A stretch of DNA of 64,000 nt, from assembly GCA_013112725.1 (NCBI GenBank), contig JABFFZ010000004.1, positions 24,147 through 88,146 of the forward strand. The letters are read 5' to 3'. The position numbers and the translations under genes were made by a program. The notes below the pieces were generated by a model. It made no database searches. It saw only the letters and a list, made by a program, of their open reading frames with translations, and had not been told where the DNA came from. Numbering within the stretch: position 1 is the first letter of the stretch; the number at the start of each line of letters is the position of its first letter. This DNA is from Chloroflexota bacterium. Lineage in GTDB: Bacteria; Chloroflexota; Anaerolineae; Promineifilales; Promineifilaceae. Shown here in pieces: positions 55,220 through 63,497 of the stretch.

Positions 55220-55236
55220 TCCGGGTATCTTGAATT

Positions 55237-55809
55237 TTATTCAGCAACGGCTACCAGCGACGGCCGTATCACCCGGTCGCCTATTTTGTAACCCTTTTGC
55301 AGTTCACGGCAGATGTCGCCGCTTTTGTATTCGTCTGCCGGTTCCTGGGTAATGGCCTCATGCCAATTGGGGTCAAATGGTTGGCCGACGGCCTCAATGG
55401 GGGTGACATTGAAGTTTTCCAGGATGGTAAACAGTTTGCGCTGCACCAGGTCTATGCCTTCTAGCCAGGCGTTGTCGCGGATGCTGTCTGGCACGGTATT
55501 GAGGGCGCGTTCAAAATCGTCCAGCACCGGCAGTAATTTTTTGATCACATCGGCCGTAGCCATGCTGTATAGTTCGATGCGCTCTTTTTCCATGCGCTTG
55601 CGGGCATTGGCAAATTCGGCCTGGCTACGCAGCCAGCGATCTTTGTAATCGGCGGCTTCGGCCTGGGCGGTGGCCAGTTGCTCTTCGAGGGTGGGGGCGG
55701 CTTCGGCCGTTCCCTCCTCATCGGTTAATTCCTGATTTTCGGCAACGGCCGTGCCGTTCAAGACGGCTTCAGGTGCTTCGTCGGCGATGATCTCATTCCC
55801 TGCCTGCAT
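55237..55809 (-). CDS. grpE: Nucleotide exchange factor GrpE
   Basis: Coiled-coil N-terminus, then RLRAEFENYRKR-like (LRSQAEFANARKRMEKE), and a C-terminal beta-domain (GYKIGDRVIRPSLV). Confidence 0.9.
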   Translation of the reverse strand: MQAGNEIIADEAPEAVLNGTAVAENQELTDEEGTAEAAPTLEEQLATAQAEAADYKDRWLRSQAEFANARKRMEKERIELYSMATADVIKKLLPVLDDFERALNTVPDSIRDNAWLEGIDLVQRKLFTILENFNVTPIEAVGQPFDPNWHEAITQEPADEYKSGDICRELQKGYKIGDRVIRPSLVAVAE

Positions 55810-55843
55810 AAAATCTGTTACCTCGTTCTCTGATATGTGTGGG

Positions 55844-55915
55844 GGATTAGAGATGGGCGCTTTTTAATCTCCAATCTCCAATCTCTAATCTCTAATCTCT
55901 AATCTCTGATCTCTG
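55844..55915. repeat. Heptamer array TCTAATC/TCCAATC x7 with a short inverted 5' arm (GGATTAGAGAT)
   Basis: ggattagagat gggcgcttttt aatctccaatctccaatctctaatctctaatctctaatctctgatctctg. The right end encodes the last residues (EIRD) and the stop of hrcA. Confidence 0.9.
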
Positions 55916-56969
55916 CCAAATTTTCTGCCGTTTCTGAGGTGATAGGTTCTGGGCTGTCTTCTATATAGTATTCGTAAACAAACCCGCTCATCAAATTGGC
56001 TATATAACGGACGGCGGCGACGTTACGGCCGTAAGGCATTCGTGTGGGGCCAATGACCGCCACCGTGCCGCTGAAAGCATCGGCGACGCCGTAGCGGGAG
56101 AGGATGATGGAGCAGTCTTTCAACTCTTCCCAACGCCCCTCGCCGCCTATGACTACCTGCACGCCCGGCTCTTCCGTTTGTGTTTCGGAGAGCATCGAAG
56201 CCAGTAAGGTGCGTTCTTCTAAAAAGCGAACCGCTTGCCGGGTGCGGGCATCTTCAACAATGTTAATCAGTCCATCCCGGTAAATATCGCTAATGGGGCG
56301 GCTGTCGGTACGCTCTAGAATTTCCAGGATCAGAACGGTGATGTCGTGTTCTAGTGAGTCCAGATGGCTCATTCGGCTGCGCACGTCTTCATAGGTGGCA
56401 TTTGTCAGAAGCGTGTTCAGGCGGTCAGCCGTGGCGCTCAACTGTGCCTGCGTGAGCGGTTCGGCTAACGTCAGCATTTGCTGTTTCACTTCGCCGCCAT
56501 ATAAAACCACGATCATGAGTACCAACCGGCCTTGGGTGGAAATGAGCTGGATGTGTTTGAAGCGGTTGATAGACGGCCGTGGCGCGGTGACAAAGCTGGC
56601 GCCCAATGATGTCCGTGCCAGAATGGCTGCTGCCAGCCGCATCCACTGGTCCAGGTCTAGCCGCGCTTGATGAAACTGGTGGCGGATCATTTGTTGTTCA
56701 TCTACCGGCAGATGAAAATCCCCTAACAGCTTTTGCACAAAGTAGCGGAAACCTTGCTCGGTGGGTACACGCCCGGCGGAGGTGTGCCACTGCATGAGGT
56801 AGCCCAATTCTGTCAGGGCCGCAAAATCATTGCGCACGGTGGCAGAACTGACGTTTAGATCAAATTGCTCAACCAAAGTTTTAGAACCGGTGGGTAAGCC
56901 GGTTTCGATGTAGTGGCGAACTACCAGTTCTAATAACTTTTCCTGTCGTTCTGTCAGGTCGTATACCAT
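55899..56969 (-). CDS. hrcA: Heat-inducible transcription repressor HrcA
   Basis: LTERQEKLLELVVRHYIETGLPTGSKTLVEQFDLNVSSATVRNDFAALTELGYL...HTSAGRVPT is the canonical HrcA winged-helix N-terminus. It is the first gene of the hrcA-grpE-dnaK-dnaJ row. Confidence 0.9.
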   Translation of the reverse strand: MVYDLTERQEKLLELVVRHYIETGLPTGSKTLVEQFDLNVSSATVRNDFAALTELGYLMQWHTSAGRVPTEQGFRYFVQKLLGDFHLPVDEQQMIRHQFHQARLDLDQWMRLAAAILARTSLGASFVTAPRPSINRFKHIQLISTQGRLVLMIVVLYGGEVKQQMLTLAEPLTQAQLSATADRLNTLLTNATYEDVRSRMSHLDSLEHDITVLILEILERTDSRPISDIYRDGLINIVEDARTRQAVRFLEERTLLASMLSETQTEEPGVQVVIGGEGRWEELKDCSIILSRYGVADAFSGTVAVIGPTRMPYGRNVAAVRYIANLMSGFVYEYYIEDSPEPITSETAENLAEIRD

Positions 56970-56977
56970 GGGTTTTT

Positions 56978-57012
56978 CAAAAGTTCAGCTTTTCTGAAAA
57001 GTTGAACTTTTG
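56978..57012. repeat. 16-bp hairpin in the hrcA leader (CAAAAGTTCAGCTTTT ctg AAAAGTTGAACTTTTG), same family as 46079-46113
   Basis: Read directly. It lies between CIRCE and the hrcA start codon. Confidence 0.8.
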
Positions 57013-57020
57013 TCATGAAA

Positions 57021-57047
57021 TTAGCACTCGTGATATGCGAGTGCTAA
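57021..57047 (-). promoter_or_regulatory. CIRCE operator (HrcA binding site)
   Basis: TTAGCACTC-gtgatatgc-GAGTGCTAA is a perfect match to the consensus TTAGCACTC-N9-GAGTGCTAA, 52 nt upstream of the hrcA ATG. Confidence 0.92.
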
Positions 57048-57062
57048 TGCGGCCTATCCGTT

Positions 57063-57091
57063 ATCATAACATGGCAAAAATTGAGCGTCAA
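57063..57091 (-). promoter_or_regulatory. Sigma-70-type promoter of the hrcA operon
   Basis: On the minus strand: TTGACG (57091-57086), a 17-nt spacer, then TATGAT (57068-57063). CIRCE starts 15 nt downstream of the -10 element. Confidence 0.55.
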
Positions 57092-57150
57092 ATAAGAACA
57101 GTGTAAGATGGAAGAATGATGCGTGAGCGTCAACCCCTGACGCCTCGCGC

Positions 57151-58662
57151 CTATTTGGGTTTGGTGATCGGAGCGGGCACGGCCGTTGCCGGTTCTTTTT
57201 CGCCATTGGGGGAAAGGAGGGTTTCCGACGGCCGTACCGGGGTAGCATACTGATGGGTGTTTTTTCTCTCCAAAATTTGCCATACGGTGCGTAGCAGGAT
57301 TTTGATGTCTAGCAAAATTGACCAGTTGGCCGAATACCACAGATCATATTTGGTGCGTTCTTCAATGGACGTATCGCCGCGTAACCCATTGACCTGCGCC
57401 CAACCGGTCATACCCCCCTTTTCTTGATGACGTTCCATATAGCGCGGCACGGTGCGCCGGAAATGTTCCACATAGTGTGCCTGCTCCGGGCGCGGCCCTA
57501 CCAGGCTCATTTCTCCCATAAATACATTGATCAATTGCGGTAGTTCATCCACATCCACCTGGCGCAAAAAGCGACCCAGACGGGTTTGCCGGGGATCATT
57601 GTTCAGCGTCCAGCCAGGCCCATGTTTTTCCGCGTCGGAGCGCATGGAGCGGAACTTCAACATGCGAAACGGTTTGCCATCCAACCCCATGCGCTCCTGT
57701 ACAAAGAAGACAGGCCCAGGTGATTCCAGTTTTATGGCGATGGCGATCAGCAGCATGAGCGGGGAAAAAAAGATAAGTCCGACGGTGGCGCCTATCAAAT
57801 CCATCATGCGTTTGAAAATGAGCATGTAGCCGCGCAGGGCATAGTCACGCACGGACAGCAGTGGCAACCCTCCCAGGGCGTCAATGCTGGCCTCTGAGGT
57901 CATAAACTGGAAGACATCGGGGAAAATTTTGACCGAAATACGCCCCCGTTCACAATAAGAGAGGACGTGAACGGTTTCCCGGTGCCCCTTTTCCGGCATG
58001 GCAATGATCACCTCATTGATGTCGTACTGATCAATCAATGCAGGTAAATCTTCAGGGCGACCTAACACGGGGATGCCCTGGATTTTGGTGAGCGGTTCGG
58101 AACCGTTGACTACCCCGACCAGTTCATACCCCAGGTAGGGCGACCATTGGATACGCTGAATAATGATTTGGGCCATTTCGCCAGAGCCGACAATGAGCAG
58201 CCGGTCTCGTCCCAGGCCATGCTCGCGTAGTTTGTTGCGCACCATCTGGTGCGCCAGACGGCCGATTAGGAGCAGAACGATGGCCAGGAACCAGGTATAC
58301 ACGATCATCGCGCGGGGATAATCGCTGATGATTACGTTGCCCTTGAAAATGAAGGTGGAGATGGCTACGGCAATAAGGGTGCCAATGGTCACGGCCGTGA
58401 CCGTTGAATACACCTGATCTATCCTGGAAATGGCGCGGGGAATGTAGTATTGCTTGTACAGGAATAAGGCAATGACAACGGCGCTTACTTCGAGCAGCAG
58501 CAGCCCGGCATAACTGGGAAGAGGATAGACATGCGTCAGCGTATCTGGCCAGGCATAAGAAACGCGCAGCTGATAAGCTAACACAAAAGCGGCTGTGACC
58601 ATCAATATGTCCAGCAAAAAAAGTGATATGGAGTAGATGTTTCTGAGTTTTTGTGTGGTCAT
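57151..58662 (-). CDS. Polyprenyl-phosphate glycosyl-1-phosphate transferase (exopolysaccharide initiating sugar transferase, WbaP-like)
   Basis: N-terminal TM helices and a central Rossmann-like domain. The C-terminal bacterial sugar transferase domain carries PGPVFFVQERMGLDGKPFRMLKFRSM and DELPQLINVFMGEMSLVGPRP. Confidence 0.85.
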   Translation of the reverse strand: MTTQKLRNIYSISLFLLDILMVTAAFVLAYQLRVSYAWPDTLTHVYPLPSYAGLLLLEVSAVVIALFLYKQYYIPRAISRIDQVYSTVTAVTIGTLIAVAISTFIFKGNVIISDYPRAMIVYTWFLAIVLLLIGRLAHQMVRNKLREHGLGRDRLLIVGSGEMAQIIIQRIQWSPYLGYELVGVVNGSEPLTKIQGIPVLGRPEDLPALIDQYDINEVIIAMPEKGHRETVHVLSYCERGRISVKIFPDVFQFMTSEASIDALGGLPLLSVRDYALRGYMLIFKRMMDLIGATVGLIFFSPLMLLIAIAIKLESPGPVFFVQERMGLDGKPFRMLKFRSMRSDAEKHGPGWTLNNDPRQTRLGRFLRQVDVDELPQLINVFMGEMSLVGPRPEQAHYVEHFRRTVPRYMERHQEKGGMTGWAQVNGLRGDTSIEERTKYDLWYSANWSILLDIKILLRTVWQILERKNTHQYATPVRPSETLLSPNGEKEPATAVPAPITKPK

Positions 58663-58869
58663 TGCCTTCTTTTACATGCCAGTTTCCATTGACGATTTTA
58701 ACAAACCCCTCATCAGGTTCAAAAAAAGATGTTCGCTGCTTTCACGCCTTTTAGCCACTTCTTACCCTACGTCAACCACAAACTCATTAACTGGCATATA
58801 ATCAGGCCCGTGAATCATCCTATTTATTCCTATTTATTTATTAGGAAAATCAAGAATAAAAGGCAGTAC

Positions 58870-60087
58870 ATGAACGAATCACGCAGGCGCATTTTTTTTA
58901 CAGTTTTTATTTTTACCTGTTTGGGTTTTATGGCGGGGTACGTGTTGGCGCAATCACCCATAGCGCCTTATCGTATGGCCGGGCCGCCACTTTCTGGTGA
59001 AGCGCAGGTTGTTTTTGAGCCGTTCTGGGAAGTGTGGGAACTGGTGCAAACCCGCTATTATGAACAGCCGGTAGACAACCAGGCCCTGGTGGAAGGAGCT
59101 ATTGTGGGTATGCTGGCGGCTTTGGAAGATGATCACACTCGTTATTTGTCGCCGGCCGATCAGGAGGCGGCGGAACGCACTTTTTCCGGCGAGTATCAGG
59201 GTATTGGGGCAGAGGTAGAGGCGCGTGACGGCCGTATCACCATTGTCTCGCCCATTGATGGTTCTCCAGCCCAGGCGGCCGGTTTGCGGCCCGGCGATAT
59301 TATTGTAGCGGCTGATGGCGTCATTTTGGATGGGATGGATGTGAGTGAGGCCGCGTCATTGGTGCGGGGGCCGGCGGGCACGGCCGTATTGCTGCAAATT
59401 GAGCGTGATGGCGAAACATTTGACATTGAAATCGTCCGCGACACAGTAAAACTGGTCAGCGCCACCGGGCGCATGTTGCCGGAAAACATCGCCTATGTGC
59501 GCCTGAGCCGTTTTGGTGATACGACCGGCGACGAATTGAATGCGCTTTTACCTGGTCTGATAACCCAAAACCCCGCCGGCCTGATTCTGGATTTGCGGCG
59601 CAATCCAGGTGGGGCGCTGGATACCACCGTTAAAATTGCCGACGAATTTTTGGCTGAGGGTACGGTATTGGTGGAGCGGTTTGGCGACGGCCGTGAACGT
59701 GTCTTTTCCGCAAAAGATGGCAATCTGGCGGAAACAATTCCCCTGGTAGTGTTGATTGATGAAGGCAGCGCCAGCGCCTCAGAAGTATTGGCCGGGGCTA
59801 TTCAGGATACCGGGCGTGGTATCCTCATTGGCCAGACCTCCTTTGGTAAAGGCACGGTGCAAACCTGGCACACCCTGTCTAACAAGGGCGGCGTGCGCAT
59901 CACCATTGCCCAATGGCTCACCCCTGGCGAAACATCCATTCACAAACTGGGCTTAACCCCTGACTACTTTATTCCGATGCCGGAAGATGCCATCCTGACT
60001 GATGATGGCGACACGCAGTTGCAAGCGGCCATTGATTTCCTCACCGGCCAAACGATTATCAGCATTCCCCCGGACAATGGGGGGTAG
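58870..60087 (+). CDS. S41 family C-terminal processing peptidase with PDZ domain
   Basis: ATG 58870 (MNESRRRIFFTVFIF signal/anchor). PDZ domain (GLRPGDIIVAADGV). The catalytic Ser is in GSASASEVLAGA and the catalytic Lys in TSFGKGTVQ. Confidence 0.85.
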   Translation: MNESRRRIFFTVFIFTCLGFMAGYVLAQSPIAPYRMAGPPLSGEAQVVFEPFWEVWELVQTRYYEQPVDNQALVEGAIVGMLAALEDDHTRYLSPADQEAAERTFSGEYQGIGAEVEARDGRITIVSPIDGSPAQAAGLRPGDIIVAADGVILDGMDVSEAASLVRGPAGTAVLLQIERDGETFDIEIVRDTVKLVSATGRMLPENIAYVRLSRFGDTTGDELNALLPGLITQNPAGLILDLRRNPGGALDTTVKIADEFLAEGTVLVERFGDGRERVFSAKDGNLAETIPLVVLIDEGSASASEVLAGAIQDTGRGILIGQTSFGKGTVQTWHTLSNKGGVRITIAQWLTPGETSIHKLGLTPDYFIPMPEDAILTDDGDTQLQAAIDFLTGQTIISIPPDNGG

Positions 60088-60307
60088 GGGCCGGTAATCG
60101 GTAAACGGAAAAGGGTTGGCCCGGATGAGATTGCGCTCATCCGGGCTTTTTTTATCCAGTAATTCTCATTTTGCCCGGCGGCGGCAGATAAATATGCATC
60201 TACGGAGAGCAGAGCCTGCCCTGAACCTGTTGAAGGGTGGGCTCTGCTCTCCGTAGGTGCGGTTTTAATCGCTGGCTCTTGGTAAATTGAGAATTGCTGT
60301 TTTTATC

Positions 60308-61105
60308 ATGGCGAATTCGTCCCCTGATGACAATTCGGATATAGTTCCAGATTGTGGCTTGGAACTTATGGAACCGACTGAATACCAAACCATGTATCAG
60401 GTGGAAGACCACCACTGGTGGTACGTGGGAATGCAGCGAATCACTACCACCCAGATTACCGTTCTTTTTCCGGGCCGGAGTGATTTGTCTATTCTGGACG
60501 CCGGTTGTGGCACGGGGGCGGTGATGAAGTACCTGGCGCCGTTTGGTAATGTAACCGGTTTTGATTTGATGCCCCACGCTCTGAACTTTTGCCAGGAACG
60601 GGGGCTGGCACGGCTGGTGCAGGCCAGCGTCACCCGTGTGCCCTTTGCCCCTGACCATTTTGATTTGGCGACATCCTTTGACGTGTTATGCCATCGTTCC
60701 ATTGGTGATTACCGGGAGGCGTTGCGCGAGTTTAACCGGGTGCTAAAACCGGGTGGCTATCTGTTTTTGCGCCTGCCCGCTTACAACTGGCTACGGGGGC
60801 ATCATGACCAGGTAGTACACACGGTGCATCGTTTTAGCCGGGCAGAAATTAAGGCAGCACTGGTTGAGACAGGGTTCACGGCCGTGAAACTCTCCTATGC
60901 CAATATGCTGCTCTTCCCCCTGGCGCTGGGCAAACGCATGGCCGAACGGTTCGTCCCCGAAAATGACGGCGCCTCCGACGTGCGCCCCAATCCCCCCTGG
61001 CAAGACAATCTCTTTGCCCGCTTTCTATATGCGGAAGCCGGTTGGCTGCGACATAGCGCGCTCCCCTTTGGCTTAACCCTCATGGCAATTGGAAGAAAAG
61101 TATGA
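60308..61105 (+). CDS. Class I SAM-dependent methyltransferase
   Basis: Motif I ILDAGCGTGAV and motif II-like LKPGGYLFL. A 4-nt overlap links it to the downstream GT2 gene. The start is ATG 60308 or the ORF-track TTG at 60287. Confidence 0.75.
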   Translation: MANSSPDDNSDIVPDCGLELMEPTEYQTMYQVEDHHWWYVGMQRITTTQITVLFPGRSDLSILDAGCGTGAVMKYLAPFGNVTGFDLMPHALNFCQERGLARLVQASVTRVPFAPDHFDLATSFDVLCHRSIGDYREALREFNRVLKPGGYLFLRLPAYNWLRGHHDQVVHTVHRFSRAEIKAALVETGFTAVKLSYANMLLFPLALGKRMAERFVPENDGASDVRPNPPWQDNLFARFLYAEAGWLRHSALPFGLTLMAIGRKV

Positions 61106-61875
61106 GTAACACCAGACCGGGCATTACCGCCTTTTTTCCGGCTTACAACGATGCCGGCACCATTCCCAGTATGGTTATCACGGTGCTGCTAACCCTGCGG
61201 GAACTGACCGATGATTACGAAGTAGTGGTCATCAACGATGGCAGTAAAGACCACACGGCGCAAGTGTTGGATGAACTGGCCCGCATTTACCCGGATGAGG
61301 TGCGCATTGTGCATCATGTGAAAAACCGGGGGTATGGCGGGGCGCTGCGTTCCGGTTTTGCCAATGCTACCAAAGAGTGGATTTTTTACACGGACGGCGA
61401 TGCCCAATATGATCCTCGTGAACTGAAATTGCTGGCAAACCTGGTCAGCGATGAGGTGGATTTGATCAACGGCTGGAAGATTGAGCGAAATGATCCGCTG
61501 CACCGCATTATCATTGGTCGTATTTACCAGCATATGGTGAAGGCGGCCTTTGGGCTAAAGCTGAAAGATGTGGACTGTGATTTCCGGCTCATGCGCCGGG
61601 CTATTTTTGATAAGGTAGAACTGACTCAAGACAGCGGCGTGATTTGCGTGGAGATGATGAAAAAGATTCAAGACGCCGGGTTCCGGCTGACGGAAACGCC
61701 GGTACATCATTTTCACCGGGCGTATGGCAAGAGCCAGTTCTTTAACTATCGCCGTTTGGCGCGGGTAGCCCGCGACCTGGCAAAACTGTGGCTGTGGCTG
61801 GTCTGGCGCAAGGAGCATTTGCAGAACACGGCCGTGCCCGTCAGTGAGCAGTTGCCAGCAAGCAGTAAGCAGTAA
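61102..61875 (+). CDS. Family 2 glycosyltransferase (polyprenyl-phosphate sugar synthase-like)
   Basis: ITAFFPAYNDAGTI, NDGSKD and YTDGDAQYD (DxD) are typical of DPM1/ArnC-like GT2 enzymes. Confidence 0.85.
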   Translation: MSNTRPGITAFFPAYNDAGTIPSMVITVLLTLRELTDDYEVVVINDGSKDHTAQVLDELARIYPDEVRIVHHVKNRGYGGALRSGFANATKEWIFYTDGDAQYDPRELKLLANLVSDEVDLINGWKIERNDPLHRIIIGRIYQHMVKAAFGLKLKDVDCDFRLMRRAIFDKVELTQDSGVICVEMMKKIQDAGFRLTETPVHHFHRAYGKSQFFNYRRLARVARDLAKLWLWLVWRKEHLQNTAVPVSEQLPASSKQ

Positions 61876-61921
61876 ACCGCTCACCGCTCACCGTTCACTG
61901 CTTACCGCTCACCGCTCACTG
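61858..61921. repeat. Heptamer arrays (AGCAGTA x2, then ACCGCTC/ACTGCTT x6)
   Basis: agcagtaagcagtaa accgctcaccgctcaccgttcactgcttaccgctcaccgctcactg. The first part encodes SSKQ and the stop of the GT2 gene, sharing the AGTAAGCAGTAA ending with the fructokinase gene. Confidence 0.9.
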
Positions 61922-61923
61922 AA

Positions 61924-62928
61924 ATGCCCACCATCACCCCCCCCCTCGAACAATTTGCCGGGAAACACGTGCTGATCACCGGTGGATTGGGCTTTATCGG
62001 CTCTAACCTGGCGCGGCGGTTGGTGGAATTGGGCGCAGATGTGCTGCTGCTCGATTCACTCGTCCCTGAATATGGCGGCAACCTGTTCAACATCGCCACC
62101 ATTCAAGACCGGGTGCGGGTCAATATCGCCGACATGCGCGACGAATACGGGCTGCGCTATTTGGTGCAGGGGCAGGATTACATCTTCAATTTGGCCGGGC
62201 AGGTGAGCCATACAGATAGTATGGATAACCCGTATACCGACCTGGAAATCAATGCCCGCAGCCAGCTTTCGCTACTGGAAGCGTGCCGGCATGGCAACCC
62301 CCACGTACAGGTTATTTTTGCCAGCACGCGCCAGTTTTACGGCCGTGCCCAATACCTGCCCGTAGACGAGCGCCACCCCATCCAGCCCGTAGACGTTAAC
62401 GGCATCAACAAACTGGCCGGTGAGTGGTACCACATCGTCTATCACCAGGCGTATGGTCTGAAAACCACCTCCCTCCGCCTGACCAACACCTATGGCCCCC
62501 ACATGCGCATCAAGGACGCCCGCCAGACCTTCCTCGGCTGGTGGTTGCGCCTGCTGGTAGAGGGCAAACCACTGACGATTTACGGCGATGGTTTACAGGT
62601 GCGTGACTTCAATTTCGTGGAAGACGTCACAGACGCTTTGCTCCTGGTTGCCCTCAGCGAGGCCGCTATTGGGCAAATTTACAACCTGGGCAGCGACGAC
62701 CCCATCAACCTGCTCAACCTGGCGCGGCTGATGATTGAGATTAACGGGGCGGGCAACTACGAACTGCTGCCCTTCCCCCAAGAGCGGAAGCGTATTGACA
62801 TTGGTGACTTTTACGGTGATTACCGCAAAATTCGGAGCAAACTTGGCTGGCGTCCTAAAACCAGCCTGCGCGACGGACTCACCCGCACCATCACCTTTTA
62901 CCGGGAGCATTTGCACCACTATTTGTAA
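61924..62928 (+). CDS. NAD-dependent sugar-nucleotide epimerase/dehydratase (SDR family)
   Basis: Rossmann motif VLITGGLGFIGSNLARRL and extended-SDR length (334 aa). Substrate specificity cannot be judged by eye. Confidence 0.85.
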   Translation: MPTITPPLEQFAGKHVLITGGLGFIGSNLARRLVELGADVLLLDSLVPEYGGNLFNIATIQDRVRVNIADMRDEYGLRYLVQGQDYIFNLAGQVSHTDSMDNPYTDLEINARSQLSLLEACRHGNPHVQVIFASTRQFYGRAQYLPVDERHPIQPVDVNGINKLAGEWYHIVYHQAYGLKTTSLRLTNTYGPHMRIKDARQTFLGWWLRLLVEGKPLTIYGDGLQVRDFNFVEDVTDALLLVALSEAAIGQIYNLGSDDPINLLNLARLMIEINGAGNYELLPFPQERKRIDIGDFYGDYRKIRSKLGWRPKTSLRDGLTRTITFYREHLHHYL

Positions 62929-62972
62929 TTTTGTAAGTGGGCATTGGCCCAGTTGCCCCATTACCCAATTAC
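62925..62972. repeat. Degenerate GTAATT/CCAATTAC-type repeat hairpin
   Basis: gtaattttgtaagtgggcattggcccagttgccccattacccaattacc. The epimerase stop TAA lies within the first unit. Confidence 0.7.
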
Positions 62973-62997
62973 CATCCTGCAAGCTATCAGCCGCGCT

Positions 62998-63429
62998 ATG
63001 ACCCCACTGAACGAGACGCTCAATGAGCAGACGCGGCTGGCCGGCGTCCGGCTGCTGGTCAACGGCGCGCCGGTAACGGCGGAATGGCTGCCCCTTCATC
63101 CCGGTGATGAGCTGATTGTCACCCTGCAATGGGAGGCTTTGGTGGGAATCCCCCGCGACTATACCATGTTTGTCCATTTGCTAGCGGGCGATGGCGCGCT
63201 GCTGGCGCAGCACGACAGCGCGCCGCTGTGGGGAACCCGCCCCACTACCACCTGGCAGCCGGGGGAAATGCTGCTCGACCGGCATGTGCTTACCCTGCCA
63301 ACGGATGCGCCGCCGATGGCCGTGCGCCTGCTGGCGGGGCTGTATGATTCCCAGACCATTGAACGGCAGCTTTTTGCCAATGGGCAGGATGCGGTTTTGC
63401 TGGCGGTGGGGGCGTTGGACGGCCGTTGA
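62998..63429 (+). CDS. Hypothetical protein resembling the C-terminal outer domain of GT39/ArnT-like glycosyltransferases (stand-alone, no TM)
   Basis: 143 aa from ATG 62998. The pattern PGDELIVTLQWEAL...DYTMFVHLL..DG.L.AQHD..P..G..PTT.W.PGE...D...L..P......Y.L..GLYD recalls, from memory, the C-terminal domain of large membrane glycosyltransferases. No homology search was possible. Confidence 0.35.
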   Translation: MTPLNETLNEQTRLAGVRLLVNGAPVTAEWLPLHPGDELIVTLQWEALVGIPRDYTMFVHLLAGDGALLAQHDSAPLWGTRPTTTWQPGEMLLDRHVLTLPTDAPPMAVRLLAGLYDSQTIERQLFANGQDAVLLAVGALDGR

Positions 63430-63497
63430 CGTAGTGCCAGACCAGAAATGACGTGATATAGTAAGCACATCGAATCGCAATCCACATCTGGGCTGAC

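Noticed and set aside
55866-55915. Possible CRISPR array, considered for this and the other tandem arrays (for example 9941-10004)
   Set aside because: The units are only 7-8 nt, directly abutting with no spacers, and no cas genes are present. These are microsatellite or STRR-like arrays, not CRISPR.
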